This document shows positions 50,921 to 64,000 of a stretch of DNA of 64,000 nt, in pieces. The DNA is taken from NCBI RefSeq assembly GCF_009914755.1, contig NC_060940.1; one strand, written 5' to 3'. This stretch comes from the human T2T-CHM13v2.0 reference genome, Homo sapiens. The translations under genes were made by a program, and so were the position numbers. Below the pieces are notes generated by a model. That model saw nothing but the letters and a program-made list of their open reading frames with translations, had not been told where the DNA came from and did not search any database. Numbering within the stretch: position 1 is the stretch's first letter; each line of letters opens with the position of its first letter.

Positions 50921-53484
50921 CAGGCATAGAGAGTGTGAAGATAAATGCTTGAAATGGAATTGTGAACACATCAGTGAATATACAAATTATGCCATTGTGT
51001 CTGATCACTTTTATGTGACTCTAATTACGATGCCACCCACACTAAAATCCTTTCCTGTGTACCTTGTGTCTGATGTCTTTCAGACATCCTTTCAGATGTC
51101 AGAGATATCAGAGTTATTGTGGGTTTGGTTTCAGAGCACCACAATAAAGTAAATATTGCAATAATATAAGTCACATGAATTTTTTGGTTTCCCAGTGCAT
51201 ATAAAAGCTATGTTTACACTTTACTGTATTCTATTAAGCTTGCAATAGCATCATCTCTAAAAAATGTAAACATCTTAACTAAAAAAAACTTTATTATGAA
51301 AAAATGCTAATGATCACCTAACCCTTCAGCAAGTTGTAATGTTTTTGTTGGTGGAAAGGCTTTCCTCAATATTGATGGGTGCTGACTGATCGGGGTGGTT
51401 GTTGCTGAAGGTTGAAGTGGCTCTGGAGATTTCTTAAAATAAGACAACAATGAAGTTTGCCGTATCCATGGATTCTTCCTTTCATGAAAGAGTTCTCTCT
51501 AGCATGCGATGCTGTTGGATAGCTTTTTACCCACTGCACAATTTCTTCCAAAATTAGAGTCAGTCTTCTCAAACCCTGTTGCTGCTTTGTCAACTAAGTG
51601 TATGTAATATTCTAAATCCTTTGCTGTCATTTCAACATCTTGCGTGAAGGTGCTGTGAAGGTGCACAGCATCTTCACCAGGAGTAGATTCCATCTCAAGA
51701 AGTCACTTTCTTGGCGCACTCATAAGAAGCAACTCCTTATGCAATTCAGTCACATCTTCAGGCTCCAATTCTAATTCCAGTTTTTTTATTATTTCCACCA
51801 CATTTGCAGTTCCTTCCTCCACTGATGTCTTGAACCCCTCAAAATCATTCATGAGGATTGGAATCAACTTCTTCCAAACTCCTGTTAATGTTGATATTTT
51901 GACCTCTTCCCATGAATCACAAACGTTCTTAATGACGTATAGAATGATGACTCCTTTCCAGAAGGTTTTCAATTTACTTTGTCCAGATCCATCAGAATAA
52001 TCACTAGTGATGGCAGCTATAGCCTTACAAAATGTATTGCTTAAATAATAAGACTTGAAAGTAAAAATTACTCCTTAATCCATGGGCTGCAGAATGGATG
52101 TCACGTTGGCAGGCACGAAAACAACATTAATCTTCTTCTACATCTCCATCAGAGCTCGTGGGTGACTGAGTGCATTGTTAATGAGCAGTAACATTTGGAA
52201 AGGAATCCTTTTTCCTGAGCAGTAGATCTTAATAGTGGGCTTAAAATATTCAGTAAACCATGCAATAAACAGATGTGCTGTCATCTATGCTTTGTTGTTC
52301 CATTTAGAAGGAACAGCAGAGTAGATTTAGCACAATTATTAAGGGCCCTAGGATTTTCAGAATGGTAAATGAGCATTGGCTTTAACTTAAAGTCAGCAGG
52401 TGCATTAGTCTCTAACAAGAGTCAGCCTGTGCTTGTGAAGCTTTGAAACCGGGCATTGACTTCTCCTTTCTAGCTATGAAGTCCTAGATGGTATCTTCTT
52501 CCAATATAAGGCTGTTTTATTTATGCTAAAAATCTGTTTAGTGTAGCTACCTTCATCAATGATCTTAGCTAGATCTTCTGATAACTTGCTGCAGCTTCTG
52601 CATCAGCACTTGCTGCTTCACCTTGCACTTCCATGTTATGGAGATGGTGTTTTTCTAAGGAAAGAACCTCATGAACAGCCTCTGCTAACTTCAAACTTTT
52701 CTGCTGCAGCTTCCTCCCATCTCTCAGCCTTCACAGAATTGAGAGTTAGGGCCTTGCTCTGAATCAGGCTTTGGCTTAAAGAATTGCTGTGGCTGGTTTC
52801 ATCTTCTCTCCAGACCATGGAAACTTTCTCCACGACAGCAATAAGGCTATTTTGCTTTCTTATCCTTTGTGTATTCACTGGAGTAACATTTTTAATTTCC
52901 TTCAAGAGCTTTTCCTTTGCATTTACACCTTGGATGTCTGGTACAAGAGGTCTGGCTTTCAGTCCATGTTGGCTTTTGACATGCCTTCCTCACTAAGCTT
53001 AATGACTTCTCATTTTCGATTTGAAGGAAGGGATGTGTGTCTCTTCCTTTCACTTGAACACTTAGAGGCCATTGTCAGGTTATTAATTGGCCTAATTTCA
53101 ATATTGTTGTGTCTCAGGAGTAGGGAGGTCCAAGGAGAGGTAGAAAAATGGGGGAATGGTTGGTCAGTGGAGCAGTCAGAATACACAACTAATATTTATC
53201 AGTGAAGTTTGCTATCTTATATGGATGCAGTTCGAGGTGCCCTAAAACAGTTACCATAGTAACATCAAAGATCACTGATCACAGATCACCATAACCGATA
53301 TAATAATAATGAAAATGTTTGAAATATTGGGAGAATTACCAAAATGTGACTCAGAGATGTGAGGTGAGCATGTTGTAGAAAAATTGTGCCAATAATGCAG
53401 GGTTGTTACAAACCTTCAATCTGTAAAAACTGCAGTATCTGTGAAGGGCAATAAAGTGACATGTGTTAAAAAGAGATATGCCTT
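50921..53484 (-). mobile_element. Full-length Tigger1 DNA transposon (decayed pogo-like transposase)
   Basis: TA|CAGGCATA left end and GAGATATGCCT right end; minus ORFs 51703-51972 (KTFWKG..SWEEVKISTLTGVWKKLIP) and 52669-52905 resemble Tigger1 transposase. Confidence 0.92.
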
Positions 53485-53771
53485 TTATAATCTTATATCA
53501 CTTGAATTTGTTAAATACAAACTTTTAAAACATCTATTGTGATCTTAATTTCGGATTTTTTTTTTTAGTTTTAAAACACGCCAGTGATTACTTTTATAGA
53601 TTTTAGCTTCTTATTTTTAAACACATTTCTTCCATCTTTTTTCTATTACTTTGAATATACTATGAATAGTTATTTTAAAGTTATTGTTTAAAAAATCCAA
53701 TATCTGGATGATAGCTGAGTCTTTTTTTTTTTTGGTTTTGATCATTTTGTCCCTCTTGTCATTCCTGCTAA

Positions 53772-54086
<315 letters not shown>

Positions 54087-54652
54087 TAATTTTTTAAATT
54101 AAACTTTTAATTTTGAGATAATTATAGATTTACATGCAATTGTAAGAAATAATACAGAGGGGTCTCATGTACTGTTTATGCATTTTTCCCCGGCGGTGAC
54201 ACCTTGAAAACCTGTAGCACAATATCACAACCCTGATAAGGATTTTGATACAGGTGAACTACAGAACATTTCCATCACAATATTGCCCCTCATGTTGCCT
54301 TTTTATAGCTACATCTGCTTCCATCTCATCCTCACCCTTTTCTTAACCTCTGGGAAGCACTAATCTCTTCTCCATTTCTACACTTTGTCATTTTAAGAGT
54401 TTTATGTAAATGCAATCATACACTATGCAACCCTTTGGAATTGGCTTATTTTCACTCAGGTAATTCTTTGGAGATTAATCCTGGTTGTGGCATCTATCAA
54501 TGTTCTTTCCTTCTAATTGCTGAGTAGTATTGCTTGGTATATATGTACCACAGTTATTTTAAGCATTTACCTATTGAACGACACCCGGATTGTTTCTAAT
54601 TTTTGGCTATTAGTAATTAGGCTGCTATAAACATCCATGTACTGGTTTCTGA

Positions 54653-54972
<320 letters not shown>

Positions 54973-55081
54973 ATGAGTGGACATAAATTTTTATTTCTCT
55001 GGAATAAATGCCCCCAAAACCAAGACTGGTCATAAAGCAGCTGTATGTTTAGTTCTTTAAAGAAACTGCCGAGCCAGGGAA

Positions 55082-55436
55082 GGCTGGACATGGTTGCTTA
55101 TGCCTGTAATTCCAGCACTTTGGGAGGCCCAGGTGGTCGTATCGCTGGAGCCCAGAAGTTTGAGACTAGCCTGTGCAACATAGTGAAACACTGTCTCTAC
55201 AAAAAATTATAATAAAAAAATTATCCAGGAGTACTGGCGCTCACCCTGTGCTCCCAGCTACTTGGGAGGCTGAAGTGGGAGGATCTCCTGAGCAAGGGAG
55301 GTCGAGGCTGTAGTGAGCTGACATCCTGCCACTGCACTGCAGCCAGCACTCCTGCCACTCCATTCCACTCCAGTGACAGAGTGAGACCCTGTCAAAAAAC
55401 CCAAAAAGAAACAACAACAACAACAAAAAAACCAAC

Positions 55437-55437
<1 letters not shown>
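55082..55437 (+). mobile_element. AluJ followed by (CA)n at 55439-55489
   Basis: AluJ motifs; A-rich tail turning into ~25 CA units. Confidence 0.87.
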
Positions 55438-55492
<55 letters not shown>

Positions 55493-56827
55493 TCTGCCAA
55501 GCTGTTTTTCAGAGTGGCTGTATCATTTTACATTTCCACCAGCAATGTATGAGTGACCCAATTTCTCTATATTCTCACAACATTTAGTGTTGTCACTATT
55601 TTTTATTTTAGCCATTCAGATAACTGCATAGTGATTTCACATTGTGGTTTTAATTTGCATTTGCCTAATGCCTAATGTTGAACATCTTTTCATTTGCGTA
55701 TTTTCCATCTGTATAGCCTCTTTGGTGAACATCTCTTCATGTCATTTACCTATTATCTAAATGAATAATGAGTTGTTTGCTTCTTTTTTTTTTTCCTATT
55801 GAGTTTTGAATGTTCTTTATATGCTTTCAATACTAGTCATTTGTGGAATGGGTGGTTTTGCAAATATTTCTGCCCAGTGTGTAGCTTGTGTTTTTATCCT
55901 TTTAATAGGATCTTTTTTAGAGGAAAAGTATTTTTGATGGAGTCCAGTTTATAAATTTTTCCTTTTCTGGATTGCGCTTTTGGTGTCAAGCCTTAGAAGT
56001 CTTTGCCTAGATTTTTTCTCATGCTTTTTTTTTTTCTAAAAGTTTTATAGTTTTACATTTCAGCCTTGATCCATTTTGAGACTTTTTGTGTGTGTGTAAG
56101 ATTTGGACTTAGATTGATACTCTTTTCTTTTGCCCATGGGTGTGAAATTGCTCCAGCATCATTTGTTCAGAAAGACTCTTTCCTTCATTGAGTTGATTTT
56201 GTACCTTTGTCATTACTTGGGCATATTTGTTTGGGTGTATTTTTTGGGTTCGCTCTCCTGTTTTATGACCTATGTGTCTCTGTCTGTCAATACCACACAA
56301 TCTTGATTACTGTAGCCATATAATAAGTGTTAAAATCATTCACTCTTTTACTCAAGAAGCTAAAAAATGTGTTAAAATCAGGTAGGATGATTGTTGTCAC
56401 TTTATTCTTCTTTTCAGTAATTGTTTTAGGTCTTTCAGTTCTTTTTATTTTCTATACAAATTTTAGAATAAACTACCTATATATACAAAAAGTCTTGCTG
56501 GGATTTTAATAGAAGTTGCGCTAAACCTTTTGGATAGAATTGATATATTTACTATGTTGAGTCTTTCAATCTACAAATATGGTGTGTCTCTTCATTTATT
56601 GAAGTCTTCTTTAACTTTTCTTCATCAATAGTTTGCAGTTTTCTCTGTACAAGTCCTATATATGTTTTATTAAGTTGAAAACTAAGTATTTCATTTTTTG
56701 GAGCAATTCTAAATGGTATTTTATTTTCAATTTTGTGTCTACTTATTCATTGCTAGTATATAGAATATAATTTTTTTTGTATATTTATCTTATATCTTGA
56801 AATCATGCTGAACACACTTATTAGTTC

Positions 56828-57062
56828 TTTTTTTTAACTTTTATTTTAGGTTTGGGGATACATATGAAGGTTTGTTACATAGGTAAACACATATCACAGG
56901 AGACTGTTGTACATATCATTTCATCACCCAGGCATTAAGCCCAGTAGCCAATAGTTATCCCTTCTGCTCTTCCCTCGGCTCCCACTCTCCCCACTAAGTA
57001 GACCTCAATGTCTGCTGTTTCCTTCTTTGTGTTTATAAGTTCTTATTGTTTAGCTCCCACTT
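56828..57062 (-). mobile_element. L1PA15/16-like 3' fragment
   Basis: GGTTTGTTACATAGGTAAAC motif. Confidence 0.7.
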
Positions 57063-57677
57063 TCAGCAAGTGTTTTTTTTTAATAGGTTCCTTGGGATTT
57101 AAAAATGTAAATAATTATGCCATCTATAAATAGAAGCAGTTTTATTTGTTCCTTTCCAATCTTATGGCTTTTTCTTTTCTTGCATTATTGCACTGGCTAG
57201 AACTTCCAGCACTATGTTGAAGAAGAAAGGTGAGAGTGAACATCTTTGCCTTGTTCTCAATCTTACTAGGAAAGCAATCACCACTAACTAAAGGGTTGTC
57301 TGTACTTTTTAAAGATGCTCTTCATTAGGTTGAAGAAGTTCTCTGCTACTCATACTTTTTTTTTCTGAGAGTAAGTACTTTTTATCATTAATAAGTTTGA
57401 GTTTTGTCAAATTCTTTTTGTACATCAATTGATATGCTCATGTGATTTTTAAGTTTAGCTTGTTAATATGGTAGATTACATTGATGGATTTTCAAATATT
57501 AAACCCATCTTGTATCCCTGAAATAGACCTCACTTGGTTATGGGGCATAATTCTTTTCATATATTGCTTAATTCTGCTTAATAATATTTTGTTAATAATT
57601 TTTAAATCTGTATTTGTGAGAGATATTGGTGTGTAGGTTTCTTTTTTGTACTGTTACCTATTCTTCTATTTTCTTGA

Positions 57678-58018
<341 letters not shown>

Positions 58019-58845
58019 CTTGTATTTTCATTTTCATTTAATTCAGTGTATTCTTGATTTCCCATGACACTTCCCCTTTGACTCACGAGTTATTTAGAAA
58101 TGTGCTGTTTCATTTCCTAGTGTATGGAGATTTTCCTGTTGTCCTTCTGTTTATATCCAGTTTAATTCTACTTTGCTCAGAGAACACACTCTGTATATTT
58201 CAATTCTTTTAAATTTGTTGAGTTTTTGGCCCAGAATACAGTCTAATTTGGTATATGTCCAATGGCATTTGAAAATAATGTATACTCTGTTATTGTTGGT
58301 TGGAGTATTTTATAAATGTCAATTAGATTATTTGGGTTGATGATGTTGTGTTCTTCTATCCTTGCAGATTTTCTGTCGTGTTCTATCAGTTGTTGAGAGG
58401 GTGGTGTTGAAGTCTCCAACTACAGTTGTACATTTGTTTGCCTTATGCCTCCTTTTACTTCTATTGGTTTTGCTTTACATATTTTCAGCTGTCATTTGGT
58501 GTGTACACATTTGGGATTATGTCTTAATGGTTGATTTGCCCTTTAAGCATTATATACAAATCTTCTCTGTCTCTGGAAATTTTCTTTGCTTTAAATCTAC
58601 TTTATCTGACATTAATATAACCATTCCTGTTTTCATTTGATTAATGTTTGTGTAGTACATCTTTTTCCATTCTCTAACTTTCAACTTGCCTATATCATAT
58701 TTTAAGTGACTTTCTGTAGATAGCATAGAGTTAAATCATGTTTTACATCCATTTTGCAATCTATGTCTTTTAATTGATGTCTTTAGACATTTACCTTTTT
58801 TTTTTTTAAATAAAAAAAGTTTACAGTGGCATAGCAGGAAACACC

Positions 58846-59144
<299 letters not shown>

Positions 59145-59200
59145 TCAGGAAACACTTTTTAAGGGATTTTTGTAGAACCTTGATTTTAAAAAAATGTAAC

Positions 59201-59305
59201 TAGAGTGACCAACTCATCCTGGTTTGCCCAAGTCTTTCCCAGTTTTAACACTGAATGTCCTGTGTTCCAGGAAGCCCTACAGTCCTAGGCAACCAGGACA
59301 ATTAC
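59201..59305. mobile_element. hAT-Blackjack MITE (MER81/MER94-like)
   Basis: TAGAGTGACCAAC.CATCC.GGTTTGCCC end motif. Confidence 0.65.
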
Positions 59306-60838
59306 AGATCATTTACTTTTAACGTAGTTACTGATATATTAGGGCTTAGGTCTGAAATTTTACTTTATATTTTTGTTTGTTCTCTCTGGCTTTTCTTTCT
59401 CTGTTTCTTCTTACTGTCTTGATGTGAGTTACCTGAACATTTGTTTTTTTTAGAATTTCACTGGGTTTTATCTATAGTGCTTAGGAGTAAATCTCTTTGT
59501 AACTTCTGTTAGTGATTGCTGTAGGTATTATATTACATATACATAACTTATCACTGTCTACTGGTGTCATCATTTCACAAGTTTGAGTGAAGCATAGAAA
59601 CTGCACTTTCCTTTAAGTCCCTTACTCTCTGCTATTTATAATTGTCTTGAAGATTTTCTCTACGGGGCAATTAAGAGCCATATGAAGCAACGTTATAAAT
59701 TTTTTGTTTCCACCATCAAACATAATTTATAAAACATATTAAGGAAAGCCTATTGCATTTACCCACATTTTTGCTTACTATGCTCCTCTTTCTTTATGAT
59801 ACTTTTATAATACTTCAAGTTTTTTTTTTTGTTTTTTGTTTTCAGTGTCTTCTCTTTTTTTAGGAACTTCCATTAGGGCCATTCTTTTAGGGCAGGTCTC
59901 CTGATGACAAATTCTCTGCTTTTCTTCATCTGAGAATATTTTGATTTCTTCTTCACTCCTGAAAGACATTTTCAGTGAATATAAGTTCTGGGTTAATTTC
60001 TCATCAGAAATCATGGAATCTAGAAGAAAGTGGCACCAAAAAGTAGGGGAAAATGTCTTGAGAAAGAAACGGTATTCAACAGATAACCCTATGAATTATG
60101 CACCTATAGGTAAAGTGGTAAACGTAGAGGTTAAATATGTGAATTATGTTTTAAGACAGCTTCAGATTTCTCTGTGTACTTTAGACTTACAGAAGAGAAT
60201 AATTTAGATCTGCAGGTTTCAGGGGAGAGAAAAAAGGGAGAGGGAAATAAGAGAGGTAGCAGGAGCTCATTCAAAAGCATGTGGCTTGTTTAAACAGAAA
60301 TGAAGTTTCTTAAAAAATGTCTTCTACATTTACATTTTCTACATTACCTTAACCTTAATCAACTTCTGGTTTTTCATATTTCATCTTGGAAGGCTGCCTC
60401 ATTTCCTCCCAACAAAATTTTCTAAAGAGATCCAAGAATAGTACCAGTTTTCAACACAGAAGTATAAAACTACTTTCTGCTTGAGTGAAAGATTTTTAAG
60501 ACTTGAAAACTTGATTTGCTGCCTGTTGGTTTGGAAATGGTGGCCAAACTACAAAGAAATTACCCTGCCTTGGTGATGTTCCAGAAGTAATTCTGGATTA
60601 TAAGGTTTATTTTGGGAGCACAGATATTATTCCTAGGGAATAATACTAGGAACATACTAGGGAGAGGATTTTGCCATATTTCCAAGTATAGATATACCTC
60701 TAAACTTAAGTGAGTAACTTGGAAACATGTAAGAATATTTAGGTAACCTGAGATTAAACACAGGATAGAAAAATTGCCTTTGCTTGCTAAGGAAATTAGA
60801 TAAGGCCATCTTAAATCTTTGTTAAAAAGACGTTCTTA

Positions 60839-61142
<304 letters not shown>

Positions 61143-61907
61143 GATGTTCTTGTGGGTGAAGCCAGAGAAAAAGCCTATTCCCAAAAAGGCCATGGCTGCA
61201 CAATACTATTTTGCTTCCTTTGTCCAATGGGTATTTGAAATTGTGTTGAATTTTCTCTTACCCAATATGCGCAATTATAATAAAATATACAGAGAGGAGC
61301 ATTGAGTCCAACCATCATCAAGTCTGACAATCTTTTACCTAATAGCAAGTAAACTATTGTTTGTACTTGATATTTTGTGAGTTTGAGTTTAAAAAAGGAA
61401 TCTCAAATTCCTTTAATTGAAGAAATATATACAAATCCACTCCCTCCAGTTCCTCTCACTCTAGGAAACAAAATCTAGAAGCACATTGTGCTGTAAAAAT
61501 CCAGAATTTCCAAAATGTTTGTTACAAGTGGTTTGTAAATAGCCAAGAAGAAAGGGATATGTTTTTAGTGTGGCCTTGATGGAGAATTTCATGAGGGAAA
61601 TAGGCAGTTGGTTTAATTTTATTGTATTCAATTTTAAGTGGTGTTTTCAAATCTAATATTAAAAAATTAAAAGCGTTACTTTAAATTTGGTGGCCTCAAA
61701 TGGTGGTGCTATTGGGTAGAGAATAGATCTAACAAAGAAACATATTAATTAATTACCATTGTAATGATCGTAAGATTAATAATGTTGACTTTGTGCCCTA
61801 GAGTTAAAAATGTTAGCTTATTAATAAAAAAAAGTTATGGAAACATGTTTGGCAACATAATATGGTTTGAGTTGGAAGATTATTTTCTTATGTTAGAAAT
61901 TGATAAA

Positions 61908-62082
61908 CTAGTTTTGTCTAATAGAACTTGCTGTGATAATGAAAATATACCATATTACAGTGGATATTGAGCAATTCAAATGAGAATAGTAAGATCAGGG
62001 AACTCAATTTTTTTCTACTTTTAATTAATATAAATTTAAATTTAAATAGCCTCGTATGGCTGTCGGATTAGGCAACACAGCT
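61908..62082. mobile_element. MER3/MER33-like hAT MITE
   Basis: TGTCTAATAGAACTT.CTGTGAT.ATGAAAAT..; AATTTAAATAGC. Confidence 0.6.
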
Positions 62083-62880
62083 ATAGACTGTGAAAATAAG
62101 GACAGTAAAGAAAGGCTGTGATAATTAAATGTTTAGAGTCCTGATTATTTACAAATTGTCATTATAAGTGCCAGAGTGCATTAATGAGAGCACAAATAAG
62201 GCTGACAAATCATGACCTTCTTTTTTTCTTTTAAAAACATCTTAGCATCGAATCTGTAAGATCATAATTATCAAATCTCAGACCATCAAACAAGAAACAC
62301 ATGCTATTCAAACATTTTTAACCCTAAACACTCACAGAAATTGTTTCAATGCCTCTCCCAATGTCCCCATTCCATTTCTGATTTTACTCTGTTTGGATCA
62401 TGTTAATGCCAGGATCTTTATCTTGTCCTGAACCCCCAGTATCTAACAAAGTCTACCACACAGTGGGTGCAATTAGTATACACTGAATAGTTGCAAGTAT
62501 GCTGATTGTTAGTGCATTTGACTAGTCTATGGTTCTTGAATGCAGGCAGCTCAATATCTGTCTTCAGCATCATGCACAGTGAATGGTATAGGGCAGGCAG
62601 CAGTAAATGCTTGTGAATGGACTGCTGGACTTTGCATCTGTTTGTTCCTCTAATCCTTATCAAGAAAAGCTAAATGGAAATACACGCTTTCCCTTTTGCA
62701 TAAGCCAGAAAAGTTCAGCGTGAATACTTCCCCTCTGTTGACTTCCTGCTTATAACTCTGCATGTTAAATGCCGAGTTTATTGCCAAGAGCTATGAGTCT
62801 TCTACATTTGGAAGAGAAGTGAATTTTCTGGAATGAATACACAAAATGTCTAAGGAAATGCATACACTTAAAAATGTTTT

Positions 62881-63500
<620 letters not shown>

Positions 63501-63642
63501 TTTTGTGACTTGCAAGTCATCTCCACTTAGAAGCAAAAGCAGTCTCTTCTTTCTTATGTTGACCATGTCTGCAGCAGCAAAGATGCCAACATCTGCTTAA
63601 CCATCTTTTTCTTAGTACTTGGTATACCCCCTCATTAGAAAG

Positions 63643-63678
<36 letters not shown>

Positions 63679-64000
63679 AAATGATTTTTTGAGGTGGTGG
63701 GACACAGCAGCAGAACTCTTAGAAAGAAGTCAAAGAGGTTGCTGGCTTCAGCCTTGGGGAAATGAGCAGCACGGATGGCCCAGGTCATTGAGATGTGCAA
63801 ATGGAGTTTTGTATCAGGGCTGTAGTTGTCTGTGGTACTAATGATGTGTGCCCACAAAATCCCCTTAGGCCTTCTTGAGACCCTTGGGGGAACATTTTCC
63901 ATTGCAATCTCTGAAATAATGTGACAACCTCTTGTAAAAGCAAGGGAGGACAGTGACTGTCGAGATGCTGTTCGAATTTCCTTGGAGGTTGCAATCATTT

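Noticed and set aside
50057-51152. Two near-identical short ORFs (KWNC.HISEYTNYAIVSDHFYVTLI) suggesting a duplicated small gene
   Set aside because: They are a by-product of the 152-bp DNA duplication; non-ATG starts and no coding signal.
63612-63998. 128-aa minus-strand ORF running into a poly-A tract, a possible processed pseudogene
   Set aside because: No recognisable protein similarity, no poly(A) signal before the tract, no visible TSD, and it is cut by the window edge; BLASTX with the next window would settle it.

Overview
Human (hominid) non-coding genomic DNA, AT-rich and dominated by transposable-element remnants. An AluYb8 (human-specific subfamily) supports a human origin. I found no host protein-coding exon, RNA gene or CRISPR array. 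Main content: (i) a full-length ~6.05 kb L1PA2-type LINE-1 on the minus strand (30265-36337, 11-bp TSD). Its reading frames are broken by just two lesions, an ORF1 CAA>TAA stop and a +1 A in an ORF2 A-run. It keeps a YY1 site, a CpG-rich 5'UTR and an intact 71-aa antisense ORF0 with splice donors. (ii) A near-full-length L1PB1. (iii) A HERV-K(HML-2) LTR5 solo LTR carrying an AluYb8 and an 18-bp triplication. (iv) A full-length Tigger1. (v) MaLR/ERV LTRs, MER DNA transposons, ~17 Alus and many old L1M fragments, nearly all L1s on the minus strand, which hints at an intron of a + strand transcript. The least explained pattern is a series of local templated-insertion or fold-back scars: ~150-160 bp copies moved 0.8-1.8 kb, 14-40 bp direct or inverted copies, and palindromic junctions. 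They look like germline polymerase-theta or template-switch repair. I cannot support a new biological system here. Subfamily names come from recalled consensus motifs, and old-element boundaries are approximate.
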